Source: Candidatus Taylorbacteria bacterium RIFCSPHIGHO2_12_FULL_45_16
GTDB lineage: Bacteria > Patescibacteriota > Minisyncoccia > Phycocordibacterales > PALSA-1337
Assembly: GCA_001821055.1 (NCBI GenBank)
Contig: MHRT01000004.1
Location: 5,548-69,547 of the forward strand
Length of the DNA: 64,000 nucleotides
Reading direction: 5' to 3'
Part shown: positions 55,239 through 64,000 of the stretch, one piece after another
How positions within the stretch are numbered: position 1 is the first letter of the stretch
How the letters are laid out: every line of letters begins with the position of its first letter
Position numbers and translations under genes: made by a program
Notes under the pieces: generated by a model
Database searches by the model: none
What the model was told of the DNA's origin: nothing
Seen by the model: the letters and a program-made list of their open reading frames with translations, nothing else

Positions 55239-56105
55239 TTATATTCTTATCCATGTTTCGGGAATGATGTCTTGGGTATTCATTTTTGGAGTATTGAACC
55301 ATTTCTTTGGCGCGATGACGATTTTATTTTTATTGGTATTGAGCCAGGCTCCCCACCAGGAGAAAGTACTGTTTGCGATAATATGATGCTTGCATTTGCT
55401 CATAAGGTAGAGATCCTCCTCGGGATGATCGGCGTTATAGGGCATATAGGTTGCGGGCAGAGGAGGCTTTATATTTTCTTTTGTCCATGTTGGATCATCA
55501 GAAAAAAGAAAGAAATGAGGATGTTTGACACGTTTGGCAATTTCCGCGATGGCCTGATTGTAATATTCAACAGAACATACCCCGTGCCAGTCATTGATAC
55601 GTTTGTTGGAAACCATCTCATCACGTCGCACATGGAGGGAGACAGCTTCCACTCCCCCTATTTGTTTTTCGAATATTTTAGATTGTTCACTCAGAGGATT
55701 TCTCAAGCTAAAATCCTTACGGATGACGTCTTCCACATCTTTGAAATACTTCTCGCTTTGCCAGTTTCCGTCTAGATAAACAGGATCTTTCAATGTCAAA
55801 ATCCATGATTCAAAATGGAACTGTCTTTCATCAGCGTATCTCTTACGATCGGCGATTGTACGGTTGTACCAGAACCAGAATTTTCCTTTTTTCCAATGGT
55901 ATTTTTTAAACCACCTTATCTCTTTTTGTTCTGCGGGATTAATGATGATGTTGAAACGATTAATGGTATAAGGCCAATAAGGAGGCTCTTTGAAAGAATA
56001 AAGATCAAGTTTGAATTCAGCATTATTTTTTATAGAAAGGGCACGACCAATGGCGTATTGAAACATTTGGTTCGCAAGTCTTCCTGTCAGTCTGGTGATT
56101 ATCAT
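55239..56105 (-). CDS. GT11 glycosyltransferase (alpha-1,2-fucosyltransferase-like)
   Basis: 'GRLANQMFQYAIGRAL' and 'SLHVRRDE' are the GT11 motifs. Confidence 0.6.
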   Translation of the reverse strand: MIITRLTGRLANQMFQYAIGRALSIKNNAEFKLDLYSFKEPPYWPYTINRFNIIINPAEQKEIRWFKKYHWKKGKFWFWYNRTIADRKRYADERQFHFESWILTLKDPVYLDGNWQSEKYFKDVEDVIRKDFSLRNPLSEQSKIFEKQIGGVEAVSLHVRRDEMVSNKRINDWHGVCSVEYYNQAIAEIAKRVKHPHFFLFSDDPTWTKENIKPPLPATYMPYNADHPEEDLYLMSKCKHHIIANSTFSWWGAWLNTNKNKIVIAPKKWFNTPKMNTQDIIPETWIRI

Positions 56106-56119
56106 AAGATGCTTGTATT

Positions 56120-56506
56120 CTATAGTTCTATTGAAATCTTGTCATCTTTATAGGGACCATTTTTCACTTCAACGACCTCACTGTCCTCGAGAAAATGGAC
56201 AGCCCAGATTCCATTGAGCAAAATAAAAAATTCTCCAGCATTGATGATTATATCTGTTACATGTTTCTTATCCTGTCCATAAAGTTCTATTTTTATTTTT
56301 CCTTTTTTTACGATAAGACATTCTTGCAGCGTAGTAGTCACCCTATTTTCCGGTCTATGCCCGTGAATTTTCACTTCTGTTCCCACTGGTTGCTTTAAGG
56401 TGATGATTTGAATAGACTCGCTACTGTTTGTTATAGGATGTGTGCCAGAAGAAAAACTGCTGACTTTTATACCTATTAGAATATCTTTGGAATAAAATTC
56501 TTCCAT
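56120..56506 (-). CDS. Cupin-fold protein, possibly an NDP-sugar ketoisomerase/epimerase (FdtA/WxcM-like)
   Basis: Length ~128 aa. 'KIHGHRPENRV...E' matches a cupin His/Glu arrangement. The gene lies between gmd and a GT11 gene. Confidence 0.35.
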   Translation of the reverse strand: MEEFYSKDILIGIKVSSFSSGTHPITNSSESIQIITLKQPVGTEVKIHGHRPENRVTTTLQECLIVKKGKIKIELYGQDKKHVTDIIINAGEFFILLNGIWAVHFLEDSEVVEVKNGPYKDDKISIEL

Positions 56507-57589
56507 CTAATTTATTTGAAACTTTTTTTGATTGACTACGATCGACCCGATTTTCTTTTCGATTTTCGCTTGCTCGAGATCCTTATCAGTCATGATTTGT
56601 GCCAGTTTTTTGAACGTAACCCTCGGTTTCCATCCGAGAATTTTTCGTGCTTTACTGGAATCGCCGAGAAGCAAATCTACTTCATTTGGTCTAAAGTAAT
56701 TCGAATCGATCTCTACTATTACCTTGCCGGTTTTTTTGTCCACGCCTTTTTCTTTGAGCCCTTTACCTTTCCAGACAAGATCTATCTCAAGATTTTTCGC
56801 CACTTCATTGACAAATTCCCGGACAGTGTGGGTTTCTCCAGTAGAAATCAGAAAGTCATCCGGAACATCATGTTGGAGTATTTTCCATATCGCCTCCACG
56901 TAATCTTTGGAATATCCCCAATCTCTTTTTGCTTCGATATTTCCAAGCCGAAGGACATCTTGTAAACCAAGTTTGACTCGAGCAAGACCGAGCGTGATCT
57001 TTCGAGTGACGAAGTTGAGGCCTCTCCTTGGAGATTCATGATTGAAAAGAATGCCATTTGAGGCGAAAAGACCATAACCAGTTCGATAAACTTTAGTCAT
57101 ATTGAAAGCAAAGACTTTGGAAATACCATATGGAGATTGTGGATTGAAGGGAGTTTTCTCGCTTTGGGGAGTTTCTAGAACCTTTCCGAACATTTCTGAA
57201 GAGCTCGCTTGATAGTATTTGACGGGAAAATCTAAATTTCGGATTGTCTCTAGAATACGAAGGGCTCCCAAAGCGTTTATATTTGTGGTATATTCAGGTT
57301 TATCAAAACTTATCCCCACATGGCTTTGAGCTCCGAGGTTATATATTTCGTCAGGTCTTATCTTGTTGATGATGCGGAAAAGATTTGAGCTATCGGCAAG
57401 ATCTCCGTACATCATGTAAAAATCAGGATGTTTGGATTCATTGTCGTAGAGATGATCTATGCGGTTAGTATTTGGCCAACTGGCCCTTCGTTGCACCCCG
57501 TAGACTATATAGCCTTTATTGAGCAGAAATTCAGCCAAATATGACCCGTCCTGCCCAGTTATTCCCGTGATCAGGGCCTTTTTCTTCAT
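56507..57589 (-). CDS. gmd: GDP-mannose 4,6-dehydratase
   Basis: '[35 protein letters not shown]' and the catalytic 'YGISK'. Length 360 aa. Confidence 0.9.
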   Translation of the reverse strand: MKKKALITGITGQDGSYLAEFLLNKGYIVYGVQRRASWPNTNRIDHLYDNESKHPDFYMMYGDLADSSNLFRIINKIRPDEIYNLGAQSHVGISFDKPEYTTNINALGALRILETIRNLDFPVKYYQASSSEMFGKVLETPQSEKTPFNPQSPYGISKVFAFNMTKVYRTGYGLFASNGILFNHESPRRGLNFVTRKITLGLARVKLGLQDVLRLGNIEAKRDWGYSKDYVEAIWKILQHDVPDDFLISTGETHTVREFVNEVAKNLEIDLVWKGKGLKEKGVDKKTGKVIVEIDSNYFRPNEVDLLLGDSSKARKILGWKPRVTFKKLAQIMTDKDLEQAKIEKKIGSIVVNQKKFQIN

Positions 57590-57631
57590 AGTGCCCTATT
57601 CTAAGGTATTTTGGGGTTAAATTCAACTTTT

Positions 57632-58846
57632 TTAGAGGATTGTTGGTTTTGGAGCGGGTACGATGAATTTTCCCCCGTAGCCTTTTTCTTTAAGTTTTTT
57701 GATAAGAATCGGAGCAATAGTCCACGACAAGAGAAGGGCATACCCTGGCTGATCTTTAAAAAGATGAGATTCCTCTACGACCGGTATGTGCATTCCAGGA
57801 GTAAATTGGCCGATCTTGCGCTCACTCGTCTCGACGAGGTAACTTATAATCTGTGAGTCAATCTGACAGTAATTGAGAAGTGTGTTGCCTTTTGCGGGGG
57901 CGCCAATGCCGACAATCTTGTGACCTGCTATTTTTATATCAACGAGTATTTGTTGAAGGTTGAGTTTTGTCTTCTCTACTTCTTTTGCGAAATTGATATA
58001 TATTTTCTCATCATACAGTCCAGATCCTTTTTCTAATTCAAGGAGCTTCTCGACTGCAGATGAGATTGGATATTTTCCTCTCATGGCAGCATGGACTCGT
58101 ATGGAACCCCCATGAATAGGGATTCTTTCAGCATCAATGATCTCCATGCCAAACAATTCAAATAATGTGACGAGTGGTTTCAAAGTGTAATAACGTAAAT
58201 GTTCATGATAAATAAAATCATACTGTAGACCTTCTATCATATCGTAGGTGTAGCCAGATTCAGACACGAAAATTCCGTCGTCAGCCAGAAGTTCTTTTAC
58301 TCCATTCATAAATGAATGAAGATCGTCCACATGGGCAAATACATTTGTGGCAGTTATAATTTTTGCCTTACCATATTTTTTTGTAGCAATAATGGCAGTT
58401 TTTTCATTGAAGAAATCAACGATTGTAGATTGATTTTTTTTAATGGCGAGTCTTGTAACGCCCGAAGGATCAATACCAAGGATTTTTACATTATGAGAGA
58501 TATAGTTTTCGAGTAGGGAACCGTCATTTGATCCAATATCTACTACAAGATCTTTTTCTGTAAGTTTATACTTGGAAATTAGTTTTGAGGTAAAATCTTT
58601 GAAATGTTGTTTTAAGGTTTGGTTTGTGCCGCTATTGTAAGCATAATCTTCAGAAAAAAGAATCTTTGGATCCACTACAAAACCAAGCTGTACGAGATAG
58701 CAGTCTTTACAGAAAAAAAGATCAAGGGGATATGCAATTTCTTCTTTTTCCAATGCTTCTTTGCTCAAGAAAGCATCACTTGGTGGTTGATGACCTAGTG
58801 AAAGGAATTTGAACAGATTATTTTTTTTACAGATGAAACAAGACAT
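57632..58846 (-). CDS. Sugar C-methyltransferase-like enzyme with an N-terminal zinc ribbon (paralog of 47539..48819)
   Basis: 'CFICKKNNL...CKDCYLVQ', 'VVDIGSNDGSLL', and a C-terminal domain collinear with the paralog. Confidence 0.6.
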   Translation of the reverse strand: MSCFICKKNNLFKFLSLGHQPPSDAFLSKEALEKEEIAYPLDLFFCKDCYLVQLGFVVDPKILFSEDYAYNSGTNQTLKQHFKDFTSKLISKYKLTEKDLVVDIGSNDGSLLENYISHNVKILGIDPSGVTRLAIKKNQSTIVDFFNEKTAIIATKKYGKAKIITATNVFAHVDDLHSFMNGVKELLADDGIFVSESGYTYDMIEGLQYDFIYHEHLRYYTLKPLVTLFELFGMEIIDAERIPIHGGSIRVHAAMRGKYPISSAVEKLLELEKGSGLYDEKIYINFAKEVEKTKLNLQQILVDIKIAGHKIVGIGAPAKGNTLLNYCQIDSQIISYLVETSERKIGQFTPGMHIPVVEESHLFKDQPGYALLLSWTIAPILIKKLKEKGYGGKFIVPAPKPTIL

Positions 58847-58919
58847 AGATTTTTCAAGTTACTTTTGTGTCGCTATTTTGACTGAGAAATATCAAATTGA
58901 TAGTTATTGGTGAACATTT

Positions 58920-59945
58920 CTATTGTTTCAAATATTTTTCGACAAAACTCCTGGTCGTATACTCACGTTGTGCTCTATTGAAGGCGTTCTCGACCATTAT
59001 ACTGTATTTCGGCCAGTCATTTAGAATTGCTCTTATTTTTTCTTCAAGGTGCCCAGGTTCAAAATAAACAAACTCCTTGTCTTTCTCAAAATATCTCTCA
59101 ATTTCCCTGAATGGATCTTTTTGACACAAAAGTAGAGAGCGACAAAAAACAGCCTCAAAAATTCTGCCTTTTTGTTGTGGTACGGGATATTCTCTTTGAA
59201 AAATATAATTTCCAAATGAACTTAAAAAACTTTTTTTAGGGATATAGGCGAATGCCTTGTTACTTTCCCAGTCCTCCGTGTTTTGTATATTTGCGACATG
59301 TCGTGCGTTTGCATTTAAAAGTGTATGTACAACGGTTATTTTAGATTGCGAGGTTAATTTGAGTTTTTCCTTATAACTGATATTTTGGTCAGTAATATAT
59401 TTGTTTTTTGTCTTGGGAACATAGGACAATATTTTGCGGGCAATTTTTGTGTTTCTCCACAATTTATAGGTAAGTGTTTCTGATAAAGAGATGTACTTGT
59501 GGTTAAATTTCTTGATTGTTTTTATTGTATTTAATATATGACTCGAATGTATCCCGCCGATATAGATTACATCATAGATTTTCTCAGCTTTTGGTGGAGT
59601 ATAATCTTCATTAAAAGGGACAAAGACGTATGTACGTTTTTCATTACCCTGTTTCTTATTGAGCCATTCTGTCGTATATGGACACGCCGAGAGAATCTTA
59701 TAAAAATGCTCATCCCCATAGTCATCTCGACGAAATTTTGGATCTTTGGAGAAAAAACGATTAGGTTCCTCAAGTTCGTAATAAACAAGTTTTTTGTTTT
59801 TATATTCCTCTGCTTCCAGTGATTTGAAATTAATTCGAGCATCGATGAAAACAAAATCTTCTCCAATATTCTCAAATTTTTCGAAACCAAAAAAATTGAC
59901 AGTGTCTTCTTTTGGAAACTTTTTTGGAACCATACACATTTTCAT
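58920..59945 (-). CDS. Putative glycosyltransferase (CgeB / Glyco_trans_1_2-like C-terminal domain)
   Basis: 'QQKGRIFEAVFCRSLLLCQKD...VYFEPGHLEEKIRAIL' resembles the CgeB-family C-terminus. Confidence 0.4.
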   Translation of the reverse strand: MKMCMVPKKFPKEDTVNFFGFEKFENIGEDFVFIDARINFKSLEAEEYKNKKLVYYELEEPNRFFSKDPKFRRDDYGDEHFYKILSACPYTTEWLNKKQGNEKRTYVFVPFNEDYTPPKAEKIYDVIYIGGIHSSHILNTIKTIKKFNHKYISLSETLTYKLWRNTKIARKILSYVPKTKNKYITDQNISYKEKLKLTSQSKITVVHTLLNANARHVANIQNTEDWESNKAFAYIPKKSFLSSFGNYIFQREYPVPQQKGRIFEAVFCRSLLLCQKDPFREIERYFEKDKEFVYFEPGHLEEKIRAILNDWPKYSIMVENAFNRAQREYTTRSFVEKYLKQ

Positions 59946-60056
59946 GTAATATATAAATTTATGATTGATTTAATCCTCGATGTTTTATATCTTAGCAACT
60001 TAAACGAATTTTTGGTATTTATGGACAATTATTGTTTTTTAGTGTATAAATAACAT

Positions 60057-61859
60057 ATGTTTTCTTTTAACATTGCTCGCATTATTGAAGCATACAAATT
60101 GACGAAGCGAATGTTTGGTGGGTACAAAAAACAGATTATCCTTTTGACGATACTGGGTTTTTTTAGTGGCCTTCTAGAGGCTGTTGGGGTTAATGCGCTG
60201 ATTCCACTTTTTTCTTTTTTTGTAAAAAGTGAGGAGCGTCTTGGGGGAGATCTCATAGCTCAATTCATCAAAGATTTTTTCGCGTTTCTTCACATGCCGT
60301 TTACACTACCGACCCTACTTATTTTTATCTGTGCTCTTTTCACTGTTAAGGCTCTTCTGACACTTTATTTTAATTATATTCGTGCGGATATTCGTTTGGA
60401 ATACGAACGTACTACCATGACTTCTCTTTATAAAGAAACCCTCTATGCTAACTGGCCGTATCTTTCAAGACAGAAAATTGGTCATCTTGAGACAATAATT
60501 ATGACTAATGTCCGCCAAAGCGCGAGACTATTAGAGAGCATTGCGCGCCATGTGGGAGTCGTCACGGAACTTCTCATTTATCTGTTTGTCGCTCTTACCA
60601 TATCCAAGACTGTGACACTTCTCACTCTCGTACTTGGTGGGTTTATCTTCCTTGTTTTTAAGCCCCTATTGTATAAAGTTCGTAACATGTCCAAGGAAAC
60701 TGAAGGATTGAATAGAGAAGTGTCAAGACATATAAATGAAAGTATTGGTGGGATGAAAATAATTAAAGCGATGGGAAGTGAAGATGATTTTATACGAATC
60801 AGCAGTTTTCATTTTGATTTATACCGTAAGCTTCTTGTACGCATATCCATTATCAATAATTTCATGATTACATTCATACAACCCATAAGTGTAGTCTTCA
60901 TCTCACTCGTTGTGGCTTTTGCTTATTATAAAACATCTTACAATATCGGCGCACTTGCAGCCATCATCTATCTTATTCAGAAAATGTTCGCGCATATACA
61001 GAGTTTGCAGGCCTTTGCACAGATTGTGAGCAACGATGTGCCCTATGTGCAAGGAGTGCTGACGTATAAAGAACAAGCGGTTCGATATAATGAACGGCAG
61101 GAAAAAAATAGGAGTGACATACCATTTTCTTTTAAAGACAGTCTCTCTTTTGAGAATGTTTCATTTGCGTATGAGACAGGAGATACCATCTTAAAAGACA
61201 TTTCCTTTATTGTACCAAAAGGTGCTACGGTTGGATTGATTGGGAAATCTGGATCTGGAAAAACAACTTTTTTCGATCTCGTGCTTAGATTATTGAAACC
61301 GGATTCTGGGGTGATTAAGATAGACGGTACCAATATTCAAAGTATCGATATTTCACTTTGGAGAAGCAGAATAGCCTATGTTCCACAAGATGTCTTTCTT
61401 TTAAATGACACAATTTATAATAATATTATATTTTACGATCAAAACATAAAAAGGGAAGAGGTGGAGTATGCCACAAGACTTGCCCATCTCGAAGAGTTTG
61501 TCAGAGAATTAAAGGATGGGTATAACACTATTGTCGGTGAACGCGGGGTGCGTCTTTCTGGTGGTCAACGTCAAAGGATTGCCATTGCCCGTGCGCTTGC
61601 CCGCCGCCCTGAGATATTACTCCTTGACGAAGCCACCAGTGCTCTTGATGTAGAATCAGAAGCGTATGTTCAAGAAGCAATCAAAGAACTCAAAGGAAAA
61701 ATGACGATTTTGATTATTGCCCATCGTCTTGGGACAGTCTCGCATAGTGACACACTGGTAGTAATTGACGATGGTCACATTATTGAATCAGGAAAACCTT
61801 CGGAACTTCTTAAAGACAAAGAAACATATTATGGACGAGTCTATAATATTCAAAATTAA
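60057..61859 (+). CDS. ABC exporter, fused transmembrane and ATPase domains (MsbA/lipid- or glycan-flippase-like)
   Basis: Six TM helices. Walker A 'GKSGSGKTT', signature 'LSGGQRQRIAIARAL', Walker B 'ILLLDEATSALD'. Confidence 0.85.
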   Translation: MFSFNIARIIEAYKLTKRMFGGYKKQIILLTILGFFSGLLEAVGVNALIPLFSFFVKSEERLGGDLIAQFIKDFFAFLHMPFTLPTLLIFICALFTVKALLTLYFNYIRADIRLEYERTTMTSLYKETLYANWPYLSRQKIGHLETIIMTNVRQSARLLESIARHVGVVTELLIYLFVALTISKTVTLLTLVLGGFIFLVFKPLLYKVRNMSKETEGLNREVSRHINESIGGMKIIKAMGSEDDFIRISSFHFDLYRKLLVRISIINNFMITFIQPISVVFISLVVAFAYYKTSYNIGALAAIIYLIQKMFAHIQSLQAFAQIVSNDVPYVQGVLTYKEQAVRYNERQEKNRSDIPFSFKDSLSFENVSFAYETGDTILKDISFIVPKGATVGLIGKSGSGKTTFFDLVLRLLKPDSGVIKIDGTNIQSIDISLWRSRIAYVPQDVFLLNDTIYNNIIFYDQNIKREEVEYATRLAHLEEFVRELKDGYNTIVGERGVRLSGGQRQRIAIARALARRPEILLLDEATSALDVESEAYVQEAIKELKGKMTILIIAHRLGTVSHSDTLVVIDDGHIIESGKPSELLKDKETYYGRVYNIQN

Positions 61860-61969
61860 AATTCAGTGGTAACGATAGTGCTTTACCCACATCCGTGTTA
61901 TATTAGCGGGTACATTATTATTTTGATTGATTATAAATTATTGTTTCTGCAGGAATGATAAACCATAAT

Positions 61970-64000
61970 ATGAATCTCCAAAAAATTCTACGTTCTGTTA
62001 TCTTTACCGCGCTTTTTCTAATTCCGGTGTTTGTTCTTTTTCCGATGCCATTTTGGCCTTTCAATTTTACTAACTCGATGTTCTTCCCGTTCATTACCGG
62101 CAAGGCATTTTATTTCCGCGCCCTAGTCGAAACCGCTTTCTCGATCTGGGTCATCCTTGCTTTTCTTGATCCAAGATACCGACCGAAAATTTCACCATTG
62201 ACTATCGGCGTCACCTTATTCAGCGTGGTTGCGCTTCTCGCAGACCTGCTTGGCGTCAATCCGCTTCGTAGCATCTGGTCAAACTTTGAGCGTATGGAAG
62301 GTTGGTTGGTCGTGGTGCATCTGTGGATGTTTTATATTGTTGCCTCGCACACTTTTGGTGCCGGCGAAACCGGTCTTTCCACGCAAACGGGGAAGCGTTT
62401 ATGGCACCGCTGGTTCAATGTCTCATTGGTTGTTGCTTCGGTTGTGTCTATATACGCCCTAGCCCAGCTTTTCGGCTGGACCGCAATTCATCAAGGCAGT
62501 ACTCGTTTGGATGCCTCGCTTGGCAACGCGGCATATTTGGCAGTTTATATGTTGATGCATATAGGCATTGCTATGTATATGTTTTTTGTGGCACGAGCCG
62601 GAAAAATAGCTAATGCTGGTTTTTTGCAGTGGCTGTATCCGGTTGTGGCGATTATATTCAGTTTCATAATTCTTCAGACTCAAACCCGAGGTTCTATTAT
62701 CGGTCTTATTGGCGGAATTGTTTTGGCCTTGGCTTTGTATGCTATCTTTGGTAAAGAAGAATCCAAAAAGCGACGTTGGATTGTGACCGGCGTCATCGGG
62801 GCAATCATGATTATCAGCGTTGTATTTTGGCTGTGTCGTAACACTCAGTTTATCAAAAACATCCCGGTTTTGGATCGCATCGGCAGTATTTCACTCTCCG
62901 ACACCAAGACTCAAGCTCGTGCCTATGTCTGGCCGATGGCTCTCAAAGGCTTTGCGGAACGACCAATTCTCGGCTGGGGTCAGGAGAATTTCAATTATAT
63001 CTTTAACAAGGATTACAACCCGGAGATGTGGCGGCATGAACAATGGTTCGATCGCGCACACAATGTGTTCCTTGATTGGTTGGTGGCTTCGGGTTTTATC
63101 GGCTTGGTGGCGTACCTCGCGTTGTATGTTTTGTTGCTTATGGCGATCTGGAGGTCGGACCTCAAGATTAGGCAAAAAAGCGTCTTAGCTGGTCTGATTG
63201 CCGGATACGCTGTCCACAACATATTTGTATTTGACAACTTGGCGAGCTACGTATTCTTTTTTGCCTTGCTTGGCTTCGGCGGTTCGCTAAGACGAAATGA
63301 GGCAAGAGACAAAGGCCGAGAGAATCAATTGTCGCCAGTCTCCAAGATTGGTTGTTGGCTGGAAAACAAAACATTCAGCACGGACGCGGTGGAATATATC
63401 GTGGCCCCAATTGTCATAATTGTTCTCTTTGCTGGTATATATTTTCTGAATGTGCGTCCGATTCAGGCGAACACTCGTCTGATTTCTGCGTTGCAGTCAT
63501 GCTCTGGCAATGGGGGAACTCCGGACGCCACTCTATTCGCCAAGGCTTTGGATATAAATTCTTATATGGCCAATCAAGAGATTCACGAACAGATTCTCTC
63601 ATGTTCAGGCGGGGTGATAAACAGTCAGTTGCCAGGTTCGATAAAGCAGAATTTCTTTGAACTGGCGACACAAGCAATCGGCGCTCAAATATTGGCCACA
63701 CCGGATGATGCTCGCATATATGTTCTCGGCGGAACATTCTTGTCCGGCATCGGTCAAATAGAAGAAGCGGAAAAAATCTTGACCAAAGCGCACGAATTGA
63801 CGCCACGAAAGCCGTCAGTCACGATTCAGCTGGCCAATATTTACCTAAATAAAGGTGATTTTGAAAAAAGCTTGGGATTATTGAAAGAAGCCTACGAATT
63901 GGAGCCAAGTCATCCGGAATCTGGCAAGGCTTATTTGATCGGGCTTATCGCCTCTGGTGATGAAGCCACGGCCCGTAAGCTATTCGGTAGTGATCCTTCG
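61970..64000 (+). CDS. O-antigen ligase/polymerase-like (Wzy_C) membrane protein with C-terminal TPR repeats. It is 3'-truncated by the window end and absent from the supplied ORF track.
   Basis: Frame 2 was translated by hand from 61970 and stays open to 64000. It has 10 or more TM helices and the Wzy_C motif 'TQTRGSIIGLIGG'. The C-terminus has TPR-like 'AEKILTKAHEL...IYLNKGDFEKSLGLLKEAYELEP'. An alternative in-frame ATG lies at 61955. Confidence 0.6.
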   Translation, partial: MNLQKILRSVIFTALFLIPVFVLFPMPFWPFNFTNSMFFPFITGKAFYFRALVETAFSIWVILAFLDPRYRPKISPLTIGVTLFSVVALLADLLGVNPLRSIWSNFERMEGWLVVVHLWMFYIVASHTFGAGETGLSTQTGKRLWHRWFNVSLVVASVVSIYALAQLFGWTAIHQGSTRLDASLGNAAYLAVYMLMHIGIAMYMFFVARAGKIANAGFLQWLYPVVAIIFSFIILQTQTRGSIIGLIGGIVLALALYAIFGKEESKKRRWIVTGVIGAIMIISVVFWLCRNTQFIKNIPVLDRIGSISLSDTKTQARAYVWPMALKGFAERPILGWGQENFNYIFNKDYNPEMWRHEQWFDRAHNVFLDWLVASGFIGLVAYLALYVLLLMAIWRSDLKIRQKSVLAGLIAGYAVHNIFVFDNLASYVFFFALLGFGGSLRRNEARDKGRENQLSPVSKIGCWLENKTFSTDAVEYIVAPIVIIVLFAGIYFLNVRPIQANTRLISALQSCSGNGGTPDATLFAKALDINSYMANQEIHEQILSCSGGVINSQLPGSIKQNFFELATQAIGAQILATPDDARIYVLGGTFLSGIGQIEEAEKILTKAHELTPRKPSVTIQLANIYLNKGDFEKSLGLLKEAYELEPSHPESGKAYLIGLIASGDEATARKLFGSDPS

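Noticed and set aside
1-64000. rRNA genes, CRISPR arrays, additional canonical tRNAs
   Set aside because: I saw no 16S/23S-like conserved stretches, no regularly spaced direct repeats, and no further GGTTCGA(A/T)TCC T-loop contexts with foldable acceptor stems. This was a manual scan only, so a covariance-model search could still find tRNAs that I missed.

Overview
This window reads as a compact, moderately AT-rich bacterial genome segment. Gene content suggests a Candidate Phyla Radiation (Patescibacteria-like) organism, but that is inference only. Positions 1-12 kb hold housekeeping genes interleaved with small accessory genes: a Kre9/KNH-like surface protein, a methyltransferase, pyruvate kinase, RadC, MurD, a fold-type II PLP-dependent enzyme, a LysW-like zinc-ribbon mini-protein, an Mpl/MurC ligase, an orphan nucleotidyltransferase, an ATE/Bpt-like aminoacyl-tRNA-protein transferase and MraY. 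Positions 12-17.2 kb form an accessory island. It starts with an aberrant tRNA-like element and a candidate small RNA. Next comes a complete diversity-generating retroelement (DGR). The target gene carries a 127-bp variable repeat (VR) at 13868-13994. The template repeat (TR) lies at 14985-15111. VR and TR differ at 19 positions, and at every one the TR base is adenine. The accessory (Avd-like) gene is inverted, and the reverse transcriptase carries the DGR hallmark 'LGNLTSQ' motif. An IS200/IS605-type TnpA element flanked by hairpins sits between VR and TR. A G10 homopolymer lies immediately upstream of the RT start codon. A HicB/HicA toxin-antitoxin pair follows the RT. Positions 17.2-23.3 kb carry an ATP-grasp enzyme, RsmI, a DUF4015 glycoside-hydrolase-like protein and a TraD/VirD4-like ATPase with a proline-rich tail. 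From 23.3 kb to the window end is a very large (~40 kb) surface-glycan locus of about 40 genes. It contains many GT4, GT2 and GT11 glycosyltransferases, a GT-C membrane glycosyltransferase, GtrA, several glycosyltransferase-methyltransferase fusions, two TcaB9-like sugar C-methyltransferases, Gmd, tandem SDR epimerase/reductases, a DegT aminotransferase, AsnB, an acetyltransferase, an MsbA-like ABC exporter and a 3'-truncated O-antigen-ligase/TPR protein. The last of these is absent from the supplied ORF track because it has no stop codon inside the window. No rRNA genes or CRISPR arrays were seen.
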